Source: Octopus bimaculoides (lineage: Eukaryota). Taken from it: a stretch of 46,593 nt of DNA. The translations under genes were made by a program, and so were the position numbers. Location of the stretch: positions 119,425,033-119,471,625 of the forward strand of contig NC_068981.1 in the NCBI RefSeq assembly GCF_001194135.2. The letters are read 5' to 3'. Numbering within the stretch: position 1 is the stretch's first letter; every line of letters begins with the position of its first letter. Of the stretch, positions 11,688 through 23,322 are shown one piece after another. The notes below the pieces were generated by a model, which saw nothing but the letters and a program-made list of their open reading frames with translations, did no database searches and was not told where the DNA came from.

Positions 11688-11870
11688 AGCAAACACACAC
11701 ACACACACTCACGATGGGCTTCTTTCAGTTTCTGTCAAAATAATTCACTCACAAAACTTGACCTGCCTTAGGCTATAATAGAAGACACTTTCCTAAGATG
11801 CTGTGCCATAAAACTGAACCCCATACCATGTGGCTGCAAATTTCTTAACCACACAGCCATGATTGCACAC
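11688..11870 (-). mobile_element. tRNA-derived SINE family A
   Basis: gatgggcttctttcagtttc...ggctataatagaagacactt...actgaaccc...taaccacacagcc. Confidence 0.7.
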
Positions 11871-13379
11871 ACACACACACACAATCTGTAGTCAAATGTA
11901 AATAAAAGTAAAAAGAGAACAATTTAAACTATAGAAATGTTGATTAGTAATAATTTCAAGGACAAATGAGAGCTTTCTTAACATGTTGAAACTTGGGATT
12001 GAACTAAGAACATGTAAGGCCTTTAGTCTAATGCTCTAACTGAGCTTGTACAGGATGGCCTCACAATTTAAAGAAATATATTTACTGCCATTATAATGAA
12101 AATATTTTGCTAAATTACACCAAACAAATATGTTACATGATGGGTAGAGAGAAAGTCAGTTCAAATTAAATAGTTATTCAAAATAGACTTGTTTTGTTTT
12201 TATGCACTTTTAGGTTTATCTGAAATCTCATCATCATCAGTAAGATGCATCTCACACTCTTAGTTACGATCAATGAAGATAAGAATGAATACAGACAACT
12301 AAAGATAGAACTTGTTACATCTTAACTGGACTGCAACAGACCACCTAATTAATATATTTTAATAAATAATAGAACAGGTGTGTTGTAGCTATGGTAACTA
12401 TTTCTCTTAATATAGAAATAGTTAGGCTTTGGTTAGTGCACATGACAATTCAGTTGTTCTTCAATCTGCTGCAAATAACAGCCAAACGCTTCACAAAACA
12501 CACTCTTAAATAAAGGCTATGTTATATAATTTGTGTGCAGCTGTACCAGCAATACTGTGATAATTAGCAACAAGTCCCAAGACAAATTTAGTGTATGGTT
12601 CTCAACTCTCTCCTGTGTAAAGTAGATCAAGACTGGGAATTCCTGAAGGCTAATTAGAGGAAAATTTCCGAAAGTGAAAACAGAGTCAAAAATCATGATG
12701 ACTAAAGGTTGAGTGAGCAAAGACATAAATTTTAGTAAGGAAACAAAATAAAACCCTGTTATCTGGAAAATGGTCAAGTTCAAGTTGCAGAAAAGGATTA
12801 GATGGAAACACTATACTGTGTAGCCAAATAAACTATGGACACATAAAAATGCATTGGGATTTCAAGGCAGCTGACATAAGTTTGTTTTTTATATATCTAA
12901 TAGGTTCATAGTAGTTAGCAGTAGAGCACCAAGATAAAATGATAAACGTCGCGCTTTCAAAGCCTAGCCAGGCTCATGGGCCCGGTTTCCATGGTGTATA
13001 TTCACTACCATAGAATGTTATGATATACTGTTGCAGTATATCAAAAAGAACATAACAATTTTCTATTTCTCTTGTTGGATAGACACAAAGTCTTGAAATA
13101 TTTAGAATCACTGCAGTCTTTCTATTTCTATATATTGATCACTCATAGTCTTGTCAACTGCAAAGAATATTCTTTGCTAAGGTTGTATAAGACTAGAACA
13201 GTTCCATTGCTTTCAGCACTTGGTTTTAAAAACCAGATTCATTCCAATCAGCATGGACATATATTGTCCAAAATTTTTGATCAACTGATTTTATTAGGGT
13301 TACTTCCTTTACTTGTTTTAGATTTTAAATATCTCAAGAGATGGTGGGAGTTTTTGTTTACTAATTGTTGAGATAATCA

Positions 13380-13530
13380 GAGTTGACTGGCATTAGGAAG
13401 GGCATCCAGCCATAAAAAAAACCATGCCAAAGTAAACAGTGGAGCTTCGTGCAATCCTCTGGTTTGCCAGTTTTGTCAAAATGTCCAACTCATGCCAGCT
13501 TGGAAGGCGGACATTAACTGATGATGACTT
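13380..13530 (+). mobile_element. RTE-type 3' tail repeat (family E), ending in (GAT)n
   Basis: ttggc.ttaggaagggcatccagc.....ccaac.catgccagc.tggaa..cggacattaa.tgatgatga; also at 22125-22345, 25700-25910, 26880-27065 (+) and 22960-23110, 28390-28640 (-). Confidence 0.7.
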
Positions 13531-14587
13531 CTAAAACTATAATTAAGGAAAAAGTTAGCAGGAGTAGCAGAAATGACAGAGTGTCAGATAATGTAGCTTA
13601 CAATGTTTAGTTTAATCCATCTAGGTAGCACTGGATTGTGCCAATTTAAGAAATATCAATATTAAAAATATGGCAAATTAATATTAACAAGTACATAGCA
13701 AATATGCCCCTAACATATCTCTACTAACTTGCCCTGTCCAAAGATACTGCTTACTTGTCTACAATTGTGCACCCTTTCTACATATATCCATTAAATATAT
13801 TTCTGTACAGCCATCAAGAAAAGACTATCTGCTTGGTAGGGAAATTTGCACTAAATCAACACTACATTCACTTATCCACTCTCAAATTTTTATTTGTCTC
13901 TTTAGTTACTATATAAATTGTCTGCTTCTTTGAACTTATTAACTCTGCATCAGTCTATTTAAATATAATCAAAGCATTTAGGCTTATTTCTTTTATTACA
14001 CTCAATCCTCATCCTAAAACCTTCTTAAGACTGCTAACTATAAGCCCTCCTACTCTATCTTCTAGTAAAACATGTAAGTCATTGTGTTATGGGAGCAACA
14101 TTGAAAATATTTGTGTCTTGATAGAGTGTCAATCAGGCAGAAAACTCCTCACTTTAAGCTATATGAATAAAAGTAATTAAATTCAGCACTGTAGGTTAAT
14201 ATACTTAAACAGTCATAGATTTTACAGTACTATTGCCCAAGTAACTATTTAAAGCTAGGTAGATTGGGCTATTTGTGAGTTAAGCATCTTGGCATATACA
14301 CAATACAGTGATAGAATACAAACTTGGATATTTTATATCTTATTGATCTTCACATTCTATGTCACATAACCTCTAATGGGTTGCTGGGTTATCAGTAAAA
14401 GCATTCTTCCTGTAATCTATCAAAGCAAGGTCAGCATGCTATTGTCATGAGTTTTTGCACACTTCAATCAGTAACTTGCAATAATAACCAAGGACTAATG
14501 AAAAATACCACAATGACTGCCTCTCCCATAAGGAAAATTCATTTTTATGCAGATCAAGTAGACTTTTTTGATAGCAAACAGTTTTTT

Positions 14588-14893
14588 AAGAGATGAAGAA
14601 TTATGTATATTATTTACAATTGATGGATATTTGTCCTCATCTTGTTTGTTGTTAGTTAACACAACGTTTTGGCTTATATATTCTCCAGCCTTCATCAGGT
14701 GTCTTAGGGAAATTTCAAACCTGGGTTCTCATTCCTAAGGTATTTTTTCGATGTTATTATTATTATCATTATTCAGGTCACTGCCTGGAATCGAACTCGG
14801 AATCTTGGGGTTAGTAGCCTACGCTCTTAACCACTACGCCATATGCCCATGGGCTACTTACCCCAAGATTCCGAGTTTGATTCCAGGCAGTGA

Positions 14894-14935
<42 letters not shown>

Positions 14936-15081
14936 CAACATCGAAAAAATACGTTAGGAATAAGAACCCAGGTTTGAAATTTCCCCAAGACACCTGATGA
15001 AGGCTGGAGGTTATATCAGCCGAAACGTTGTGTTAACGACAAACAAGATGAGGACAAATATCCGTCAATTGTAAATAATAC
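14588..15081. mobile_element. Head-to-head inverted dimer of family D SINE, copy 2
   Basis: The left arm has a complete head (rc GGGCATATGGCGTAGTGGTTAAGAGCGTAGGCTACTAACCCCAAGATTCCGAGTTCGATTCC); the right arm lacks the A box. Perfect 10-bp TSD ACAGTTTTTT (14578-14587 / 15082-15091). Confidence 0.85.
14989..15034 (+). ncRNA. Minimal type I hammerhead ribozyme in the SINE D tail
   Basis: GACAC-CTGATGA-A-GGCTGG(AGGTTATA)TCAGCC-GAAA-CG-TT|GTGTT. Intact core with a 1-nt insertion after A9, 6-bp stem II, loopless palindromic stem III (ACGT), GUU cleavage site at 15029/15030, and stem I GACAC/GTGTT. Confidence 0.75.
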
Positions 15082-15585
15082 ACAGTTTTTTGTAGTGACA
15101 TATGCAATGACCTAAACACTTGTTGGGGGTGGAGTGAAAATTGGAAGTTGTGAGATTTATGTTTTTTTCTGTTTAGCAAAGCATCAACAACATAAGGCAA
15201 ATATTCCAAGTCAATATTGAAACTACATCCTTAATTGAGATTTAGACTGATCACTTTTTAAAATTTCATTAATATTCAATCATTTTAAGGAAATGTTTTA
15301 GTAAATTAAAAAAAATAATTTAATATTTCCTCACAGATTCTTTAAATGTCTAAACATCTGACAAGTTATTAAGATGATTTTTTCTCAGGCAAATAACATT
15401 AGACATAATTTTCTTTTTTAATATTCTTGTTTCAGCTGGTTTGACCATCGATTATCATCAAGTGTCTTATTCCTAGAACCTAGAAATGTACTTAACTGGA
15501 TTTGAACTAGGAATATTTATTTCCAAGCTAAGAGTGGTTCTACTCTTATCCATTAAACCACTGACACATACTTAATGGATAAATG

Positions 15586-16243
15586 AGGGATATAAGTCTG
15601 TTGTGTGTGGTTGGTAAACTGTATGGGAGAATTCTGGTTGTTAGGGTGAGGAACCAGACAGAGAACATACGAGGAGAGGAGTAGTATGGTTTTAGGAGTG
15701 GAAGGGGGTGTACAGATCAAATATTGGTTGTAAGACATGTGTGAGAAGTTTTTGGCAAAAAGGAGGGAGGTATAGGGCCTTTGTGGACTTAGAGAAGGCA
15801 TATATGACCGAGTGGATAGGGATGCAATGTGGCAGGTGTTGCGGTTGTATGGAGTAGATGGTAGATTGTTGAGAGTTGTTCAGAGTTTTTATAGAGAAAG
15901 TAGGGCATGTGTTAGGGTGGGTGGTGAAGTGAGTGGTTTGATGTGAAGGTGGGGTTAAGACAGGTTTGTGTGATGTCTCTGTGGTTGTTTAATTTATATA
16001 TGGATGGTGTAGTAAGAGATGTAAATGCTAGAACCTTTGGTAGGGGAGCCCAAATGGTGTGAGAAAGTGGAGAGAAATGGCAGGTGAGTCAGTTGTTGCT
16101 TGCTGATGATACAGCACTGGTGGTGGATTCAGAAGAACAACTGAAGAGACTAGTGGTGGAGTTTGGAAGAGTGTGTGAGAGGAGGAAACTGAAAATGAAT
16201 GTTGCTAAGAGTAAGGTGATGAGATGTTCAAGAGAGGGAAGGG
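15586..16243 (+). mobile_element. RTE-clade LINE reverse transcriptase fragment
   Basis: RDISLLCVVGKLYGRIL...YGFRSGRGCTDQI...AFVDLEKAYDRVDRDAMWQVLRLYGV...LLADDTALVVDSEEQLKRLVVEFGRVCERRKLKMNVAKSKVM; contains stops and frameshifts and runs into a gap. 16869-17045 may be its 3' UTR and poly(A). Confidence 0.9.
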
Positions 16244-17269
16244 NNNNNNNNNNNNNNNNNNNNNNNNNNNNNNNNNNNNNNNNNNNNNNNNNNNNNNNNN
16301 NNNNNNNNNNNNNNNNNNNNNNNNNNNNNNNNNNNNNNNNNNNNNNNNNNNNNNNNNNNNNNNNNNNNNNNNNNNNNNNNNNNNNNNNNNNNNNNNNNNN
16401 NNNNNNNNNNNNNNNNNNNNNNNNNNNNNNNNNNNNNNNNNNNNNNNNNNNNNNNNNNNNNNNNNNNNNNNNNNNNNNNNNNNNNNNNNNNNNNNNNNNN
16501 NNNNNNNNNNNNNNNNNNNNNNNNNNNNNNNNNNNNNNNNNNNNNNNNNNNNNNNNNNNNNNNNNNNNNNNNNNNNNNNNNNNNNNNNNNNNNNNNNNNN
16601 NNNNNNNNNNNNNNNNNNNNNNNNNNNNNNNNNNNNNNNNNNNNNNNNNNNNNNNNNNNNNNNNNNNNNNNNNNNNNNNNNNNNNNNNNNNNNNNNNNNN
16701 NNNNNNNNNNNNNNNNNNNNNNNNNNNNNNNNNNNNNNNNNNNNNNNNNNNNNNNNNNNNNNNNNNNNNNNNNNNNNNNNNNNNNNNNNNNNNNNNNNNN
16801 NNNNNNNNNNNNNNNNNNNNNNNNNNNNNNNNNNNNNNNNNNNNNNNNNNNNNNNNNNNNNNNNNNNNGGGGGGGGGGGTAAACCAGCATATGCTGTCAG
16901 GCCCCACTGCTGCTATTGGGTCTTGTGTTCTATGTCTTGACCTGAGCATAGAACGGAGCTCACCCCTTTGAGCTGGGAAATGAATGGAATGCCTGGCGTG
17001 TGTCTTGCTGTGGCTACCCAATCCTAAGAAAAAAAAAAACCAAAAAACAGGGAATAGGCCTGGGCATATGATATGATGATTATTACTCTTAGTTTTCAGT
17101 AACAGGCTTTCAAGTTCAAATCCAATCCGATACCATCTGGGAATAAGAAAGCCTGATGAAGATGGTCAGCAACCAAAATGTAATGTAGAAGCAAACTTCA
17201 AAATGTTTCATTTCTAAAGTTGATTTCAACATCACTGTAAGTTCAATAAATGATCATTTTAACAGAAAT

Positions 17270-17465
17270 TATTGGTTTCAAATTTTGGCACAAAGCCAGC
17301 AAGTTCAGTGGAAAGGCCAGGTCAATTACACTGTCAGCTGGTACATAGTTTATCAACCCCAAAAGGATGAACAGCTAAGTCAACCTTGGCAGAATTTGAA
17401 CTCAGAATGTAAAGATGGATGAAATGTCGCTAAACATTTTGCCCAGCATGATAATGATTCTGTTA
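17270..17465 (-). mobile_element. Family C SINE
   Basis: ggtttcaaattttggcacaa...ggcagaatttgaactcagaatgtaaagatgg... Confidence 0.8.
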
Positions 17466-20296
17466 TAAGCAGTTTCATCTGTGTTTCTTAGTGAGGTTCT
17501 TTACATATCAAATTATATAAATATATTTTAATTTGGTTTATATCATTGTCTTTTTCTTTATGTATATCTCCCTCTTTCTGTGTTGTACTAGCAAATACAC
17601 TAATATTAATGATATTACTCTTTGTTACAAGCTAACATATGGAATGAATATGAGTAGTCAAGAAATAATGAATGCCACATTTAAAAGAATTTTGAACTAG
17701 TTTCTCTTCAATTCATCTATCCATAAATTTTTATTTGACAATCCTTTAGTTCACTGGAATCAGTTTTTTTGCACAATTGACAATTTTTAAAATTGGGTTG
17801 GGAGAAGAAAAAAAAAAGATACACGTAAGCAAGAATGAAAGGGTGGTGGTAGGGGTATAATTTGTGCTAAAAAAAGAAATAAACACTATTAATTCTTTGG
17901 ATTACGTGACAAGATCAATGGCTAATAAGGTGGTAGTGTTCTGCTTGGTTGTCTTAACTTGGGCTATAACTAATTTTGAGTTGACCACAGTGAGGTGAAA
18001 GACAAAATCAAAACTAATAGCATTTGGGTGAGAGAGGGCGAGACAAAAATATAAAACCGTTAGAATCGGTAGAACATTGAACATGTATTGCTGCATTTAG
18101 TTACATCTCTTTAGGTTTAGTTCAAATTACGCTGGAATCGGTCATCTTTGCATTTCGTTCTTCCAAAGTCGATAAAATAATTAACTGGTCCCACACCGCC
18201 AAAATTCGAAACCGTTTAATCAGGCTACTCTACTATCCCCAATATTTCTGATCACTTAAGCCAGTCGTTTCCAACCGGGATGTCGTGACACCCGGCACTG
18301 TCAGTTAGCGGTAATGCGGGCTTGAATTAAATGACACAACTCACACTATTATTCAGTATTCATACAAGGGACGGCACATATCTTAAACTTAGGAAAATCA
18401 CTGACGAAAGCAGAAAAACGCAGTTCGATAGTGCAATGATGGGTGAGGAAGGGGGGGGGGTAACCGGAGAAACAGGATTCTGCGACACTAATGCTTTTCT
18501 TAATGGTTTTGGCTACGTCAGCAGTGTCGAAAGTACAACAGTCAGGAATCGAAATGGAGCAACGTCACTGAATGACGAAAGTAACAATCTATTTAAAAAT
18601 ATGACAGATAATCGAAGCAAAAGTACTTAAAAATTAGTGTATGCGTGTATGATTTTAACATAGTGCACAGATATTCACCGAGACCATACATCTAACTCGT
18701 TAGTTAACGTGTGTGTATGTGTTGTCAAATAAATTCGTTCTTAACAATAGATAGTATGTAACAGATATGAAACTTCGGATTTACTGAGTAAGGGTATGTT
18801 ATAGGAAGTGGTTAAAGTAATTCCATCTGGGAAACGAAACCGCTAAAAGCATTACGAGAGAACTTTGAAACTTGACAAGAAGAAATTACAGAATCTTCAT
18901 CATAAATGTTTTCTTGAAGGCCCAATACTTTAGATTAACAAGGGAAGGTGAGATAATGTCGCGTTGACGTCTAATGCCTTTTAGATGATCATCATGAATT
19001 CACACTGAAAATGCTAACAAGCACAACCGGAGAATCGAACTGGATAAGGTATTTAAATAACAATATTACTTTTAACTTAAGAAACAAGAAGTAACAGGTT
19101 GTCCCAATAAAAATTTTTAATCCAAAGAAACAGCGTTAAAAATGTTTTACTGCTTAACGGACATAACGAAAGAACACTGCACAAAATTCTTTATATAAAA
19201 TATGTAGAGTTAAAATCCTGCCGGAGTTGATCCAAACCACTTCATCATCCTTGGCAAATTATCATGATAAAATAGAAACCACTTATTAATGAGATGCACG
19301 TTGACAACACTGTGAGATCACCGAATAAATCAAAACGTAAATACGTCGTAGTATTTCAGATCCCGCCAGGGTGAACTTTGATTTTCATCTCTCTGGCGGT
19401 CAAGTATTAGATGATGTACCAACTAGTGCATCCTTTCAATAAAAACTGTAACTTTTGCACACAAAGAAATTATTAATGAAATAATCCATCATTAAAATAT
19501 TGGGATAGAGTGGATCAAACTATAATCCTCTACTTAATACAACAATGAGTTTTATTATTCAGAAGCAAACCTTAGGGACACTGCTTAGTAACGTGTCGTT
19601 GATAAAACACCCGTCTGGATAATCCATAATAACTAAAGTTAGATACTGCTGTTCTGAGTTCAAATACCGGTAGCGTCGGTATGATAATATATACAGACCG
19701 ATCGAGTAAATCAGTTACGTTCCGTTCCTACTCCCCTTCTAATTAAGAAAACAAAAAAAGTGTAAAAGTTTATGACTTCAGAAAAATTAAACTAAGCAAT
19801 ACCAATATGTATGTGATAGGCTTTGCACATCAATAATCTATTTGAGAAAACTGGAAACAGTCAAAATAATGTTTCAGAAAAACAGTAACGCTTGTCATTG
19901 ACGTGGTCTACCGGTAGAGATAGTATTCTGGAGCCAAGTTAATTTAATATATCGCACCAAACGAAAACTAATTCTGTGTCCATTCAAAATAAAAAAAACA
20001 GCGAATATTTTCAAGTCTTCAGGTACATAAAATGATTCCTCTCGGGGGCGACAAAAAACAGAGAGAAAGAGAGAAAATAATAATACATACTAGTTATGTA
20101 ATATAGATACTAAATGGTTCCTTTCAAAATATTGATGCTTTGTATCAATCTGAGAAATCATTATTATCAGTAAGGCTATTTGGATGCAGTTTAATAAATT
20201 CAATTATCGACAAGAAAAACAAAGCGAAACAATAAGGATAAATGTATATGTGTATAAGTTATTCAAACACTAAATGATGATGAGTTGTTGACCAAC

Positions 20297-20371
20297 CTGT
20301 TCATCTTCTTGGACCGACGCTGCCAAAGGCAGACCGTCGGCCACACGTGCAATCATCGTCATGAGAATCAT
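20297..20371 (-). CDS. SEC22B: SEC22B coding exon 1 (75 nt)
   Basis: [25 protein letters not shown], nearly identical to the metazoan SEC22B N-terminus [25 protein letters not shown]; GTTGGT donor, phase 0. Confidence 0.97.
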
Positions 20372-20880
20372 TTCGGCTTTTATTTGATGTAGATCTATAT
20401 AACCAAAGAGGGTGTATAATAGTAGCTGTTACAAGCTACACGTGTAATTACGGTCAATATGCAGATAAATGTGTAAGTCTACGTGAGTATGTGTGTGTGT
20501 GTGTGCGCGTATGTGTTGGATAATTACATGTAGACGACCGAAAACTGGCAATTCGCTGCTTGTTATTGTCAGAATCCGTCGCAACGCCTCTCCAGCTGCT
20601 TAGTCTTTGACAAGTGAAATATTCCAGGAAACATAATAATAGCCTTCAATCAATTTTCTGTTGCTCTTTTTCCCCTTTCTTTTTACGTAGTTAATTTTTT
20701 AAAAATGTTAACATGAAGCTTGCAGAATACAAAAAATAGGAGACAGAGAGAGAGAAAACTGAGTGCAATGCCAATGATTGTCACATATATATTGGTCTCA
20801 GACGACTGAATCGGTTCGCTGTGACGTGGCTCAGAAATGCGCAGGGCCGGAAGTAACAAACATTTGCTTACCATAGATAT
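20372..20880. promoter_or_regulatory. CpG-retaining, probably bidirectional promoter of SEC22B
   Basis: TGACGTGG at 20822-20829, TGCGCA at 20838-20843 and CCGGAAGT (ETS) at 20847-20854; local CpG retention. Confidence 0.6.
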
Positions 20881-20882
20881 AC

Positions 20883-21998
20883 ATGTTAACATTGATAAAC
20901 AATTATCACGGTCTGTCTATGTGCGACGCCATATTGAAAACGTACAAGTAAGGATTATAGAAGTTTTATATAGCTTGCCTCATATGTCTGACAGAATGAA
21001 AAATATTTTTGCTTTCACTTTATCAATAATAATAATAATTATATATTGAAAATTCAAGAAATAAAAAATATTAGACTGAATTTTATGTCTTCACAATAAT
21101 GATTATTATTTTGTATTCTAAAGATGTACAGTAACAGAACTTTTTAACACTCTCATACCATAGAGCATTGGGGAAAACTGGAATTAAGATTAATAATCAA
21201 CTTGAAATATTACAGTTTAGAAGACAGGGAATCAGATGAAAGTGAGGTTAGATACGTCAAGTAAGTTTGTTAGACTGGCAGAAATTTAAAACGTTCAGAG
21301 GGTCAGAAAGTAGAAATTAAAAAAAAGACTAAAAACAAAGAACAAAACATGGTTGTAGGGTTTCACTGATATAGGAACGTTTAACTGAGAGAGTGTGTGT
21401 GTACAGTAAGGTAACTCAAAATCATCCCTCATTAACCAGTTTCATGGAAAAAGACTTAACCCTTTAAGTCTAAAATAAAATTTCATGGTTATTCTAATAC
21501 TGATGTTAAATAACTGCCAAAAAAGAGAATTGGTATTTTCTGTAAGTCACATTGCCTCCATAAACTTGACATATCACAACATATATGTTTATATTCAACA
21601 GATTTCACTCACAAGGCTTTAGTCAACATGATGTTATGGTAGGAGACACTCGAGATGTCATGCAGTGAAAATTAAAACTGTATAATTGTTTCATTTGATA
21701 TTTTTCCTACTTGAAGCCAATGTTCCTTAAAAAGTTAGATAGATAGAGAGAGAAATATACCATAGATATGATTCTGCAAGAATTGGCAAATTTATAGTTT
21801 CTACTAAGTATCTCATAAAACTACTACATTTTCAGTTTCAAATACCCTGAATTAGTTGACTGTAAATTGTCCCCAACAAAACAAGGATATTATTCCAATT
21901 TTTCAGACAAATACAAAGAAACTTTCCAAGCCAAATTAGGTTGACCATATCTTACATGTCTTACATTGGAAACCTTAGGCATGAAACTCATAATACAT
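20883..21998 (+). other. Candidate exons of an unidentified divergent transcript (20883/20919-20947, 21216-21260, 21907-21998)
   Basis: Canonical AG/GTAAG boundaries with compatible phases give (MLTLINNYHGLS)MCDAILKTYNLEDRESDESEVRYVKQIQRNFPSQIRLTISYMSYIGNLRHETHNT; no homolog recognised. Confidence 0.3.
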
Positions 21999-22124
21999 GT
22001 AAGTAACATAATTCTAGTTGTCTTGTGCGTTCTCACATGACATACAGCAACGAAACACTGTTCCAGGAACACAAATACAGATCCACCAACTTTCTGAAAT
22101 TAATGGGTTATTTTGCTCATGCTA

Positions 22125-22345
22125 GTGTCACACAAAAAGCACTCATGCTAGTGTGATGTAAAAGTCCTCATGCCAATGCCACATTAAAAGCACCCAGCAC
22201 ACTGTAAAGTGGTTGGAGTTAAGAAGGGCATCTAGTCATAGAAACCAAGCCAAATCTGACTGAAACTTGGTGCAGTTTGCCAGCTCTGGTCAAACCGTCT
22301 AACCTATGCCATTATGGAAAATGGATGTTAAAGGCTGATGATGAG
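22125..22345 (+). mobile_element. Family E RTE-tail repeat
   Basis: Internal repeats catgctagtgt...aaaag, then ggttggagttaagaagggcatc...gatgttaaaggctgatgatga. Confidence 0.7.
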
Positions 22346-23145
22346 GATCATGAACCTACAGAAGATATAGTACAAAAATGCATTTCAGGTCTCCTAGAGC
22401 TTGTTTAAAACTTGTATTAACAAATGGATTTATGAGAAGAACGTAAATTTGAAGATTTTAAAAGAGGAACACTACCAATTAAATCAAAAAAAAAAACTTG
22501 ACAATTATTTTTATCAACTCCAAAGAGATGTTAGGCAAGGTCACCACACCATAGCAAAATTTTAATGCAGAACATAGATCAAATACAGAATTAGTCCAGG
22601 TTTCTTTTACTCCACCTAATAGAATAGACACACTTTAGGGTAAGCCTATATTATAATAGATACTGTAGGAAAGGGAAAATTCCAGTGCTCTTCAAAAGAA
22701 GTCGTTTGCACCTAGTTAAAGACATTTCTTTATCAGCCGTGGTGTCAGAACTGTTTTGAACCAGCAACTGGCTCATTGGAAACATGTAACCAGTAATATT
22801 AATGTTCACAAATAATGATATAAAACAAAATAAAAATAATACTTGCACAGCCACCTCTCCTTCATACATCACTTCCATTCAGCCTTTTAATGTTGCACAT
22901 TCAACTCATCTTTACTCACTCTCTCTGACCTCCACATATCTTTCACAATCATTGCCTAATGTAGTGTAGTGGGTGCCTTTTACATGTCACCAGCATGGGT
23001 GCTTTTATGTGTCACTGGCATAGGCCACAACTATGATTTCACTTGGCTTGATGAGGTTTCTAAAGCACAGCAAATTGCCAAAGGTCACAATCGCTTGTCA
23101 TCACCTGGCACAAGGCCATCAANNNNNNNNNNNNNNNNNNNNNNN

Positions 23146-23322
23146 TAAGTCAATTACATCTCCCCCTCCCCACGGCTCAACTGGTGCTAATTTTAACAAC
23201 CTTGGAGGGATGAAAGGCAAAGTCCACCATGGTAGAATTTGAACTCAGAGTGTAAAGACGGATGAAATGCCACTAAGCATTTTGCTCAACGTGCTAATGA
23301 TTCTGCCAACTTACCACCTTAT
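23146..23322 (-). mobile_element. Family C SINE
   Basis: ggatgaaaggcaaagtc.accatggtagaatttgaactcaga...gattctgccaacttaccacctt. Confidence 0.8.

Noticed and set aside
18261-18300. CAGTCGTTTCCAACC hAT-like terminus
   Set aside because: No matching second TIR or TSD found.
18331-18630. 99-aa ORF in SEC22B intron 1
   Set aside because: No recognisable domain; longer ORFs are expected by chance in this more GC-rich, CpG-retaining stretch.
21836-21998. In-frame TGA (QAKLG*PYLTC) suggesting selenocysteine
   Set aside because: No similarity to known selenoprotein families, no SECIS identified, and an alternative open frame exists.
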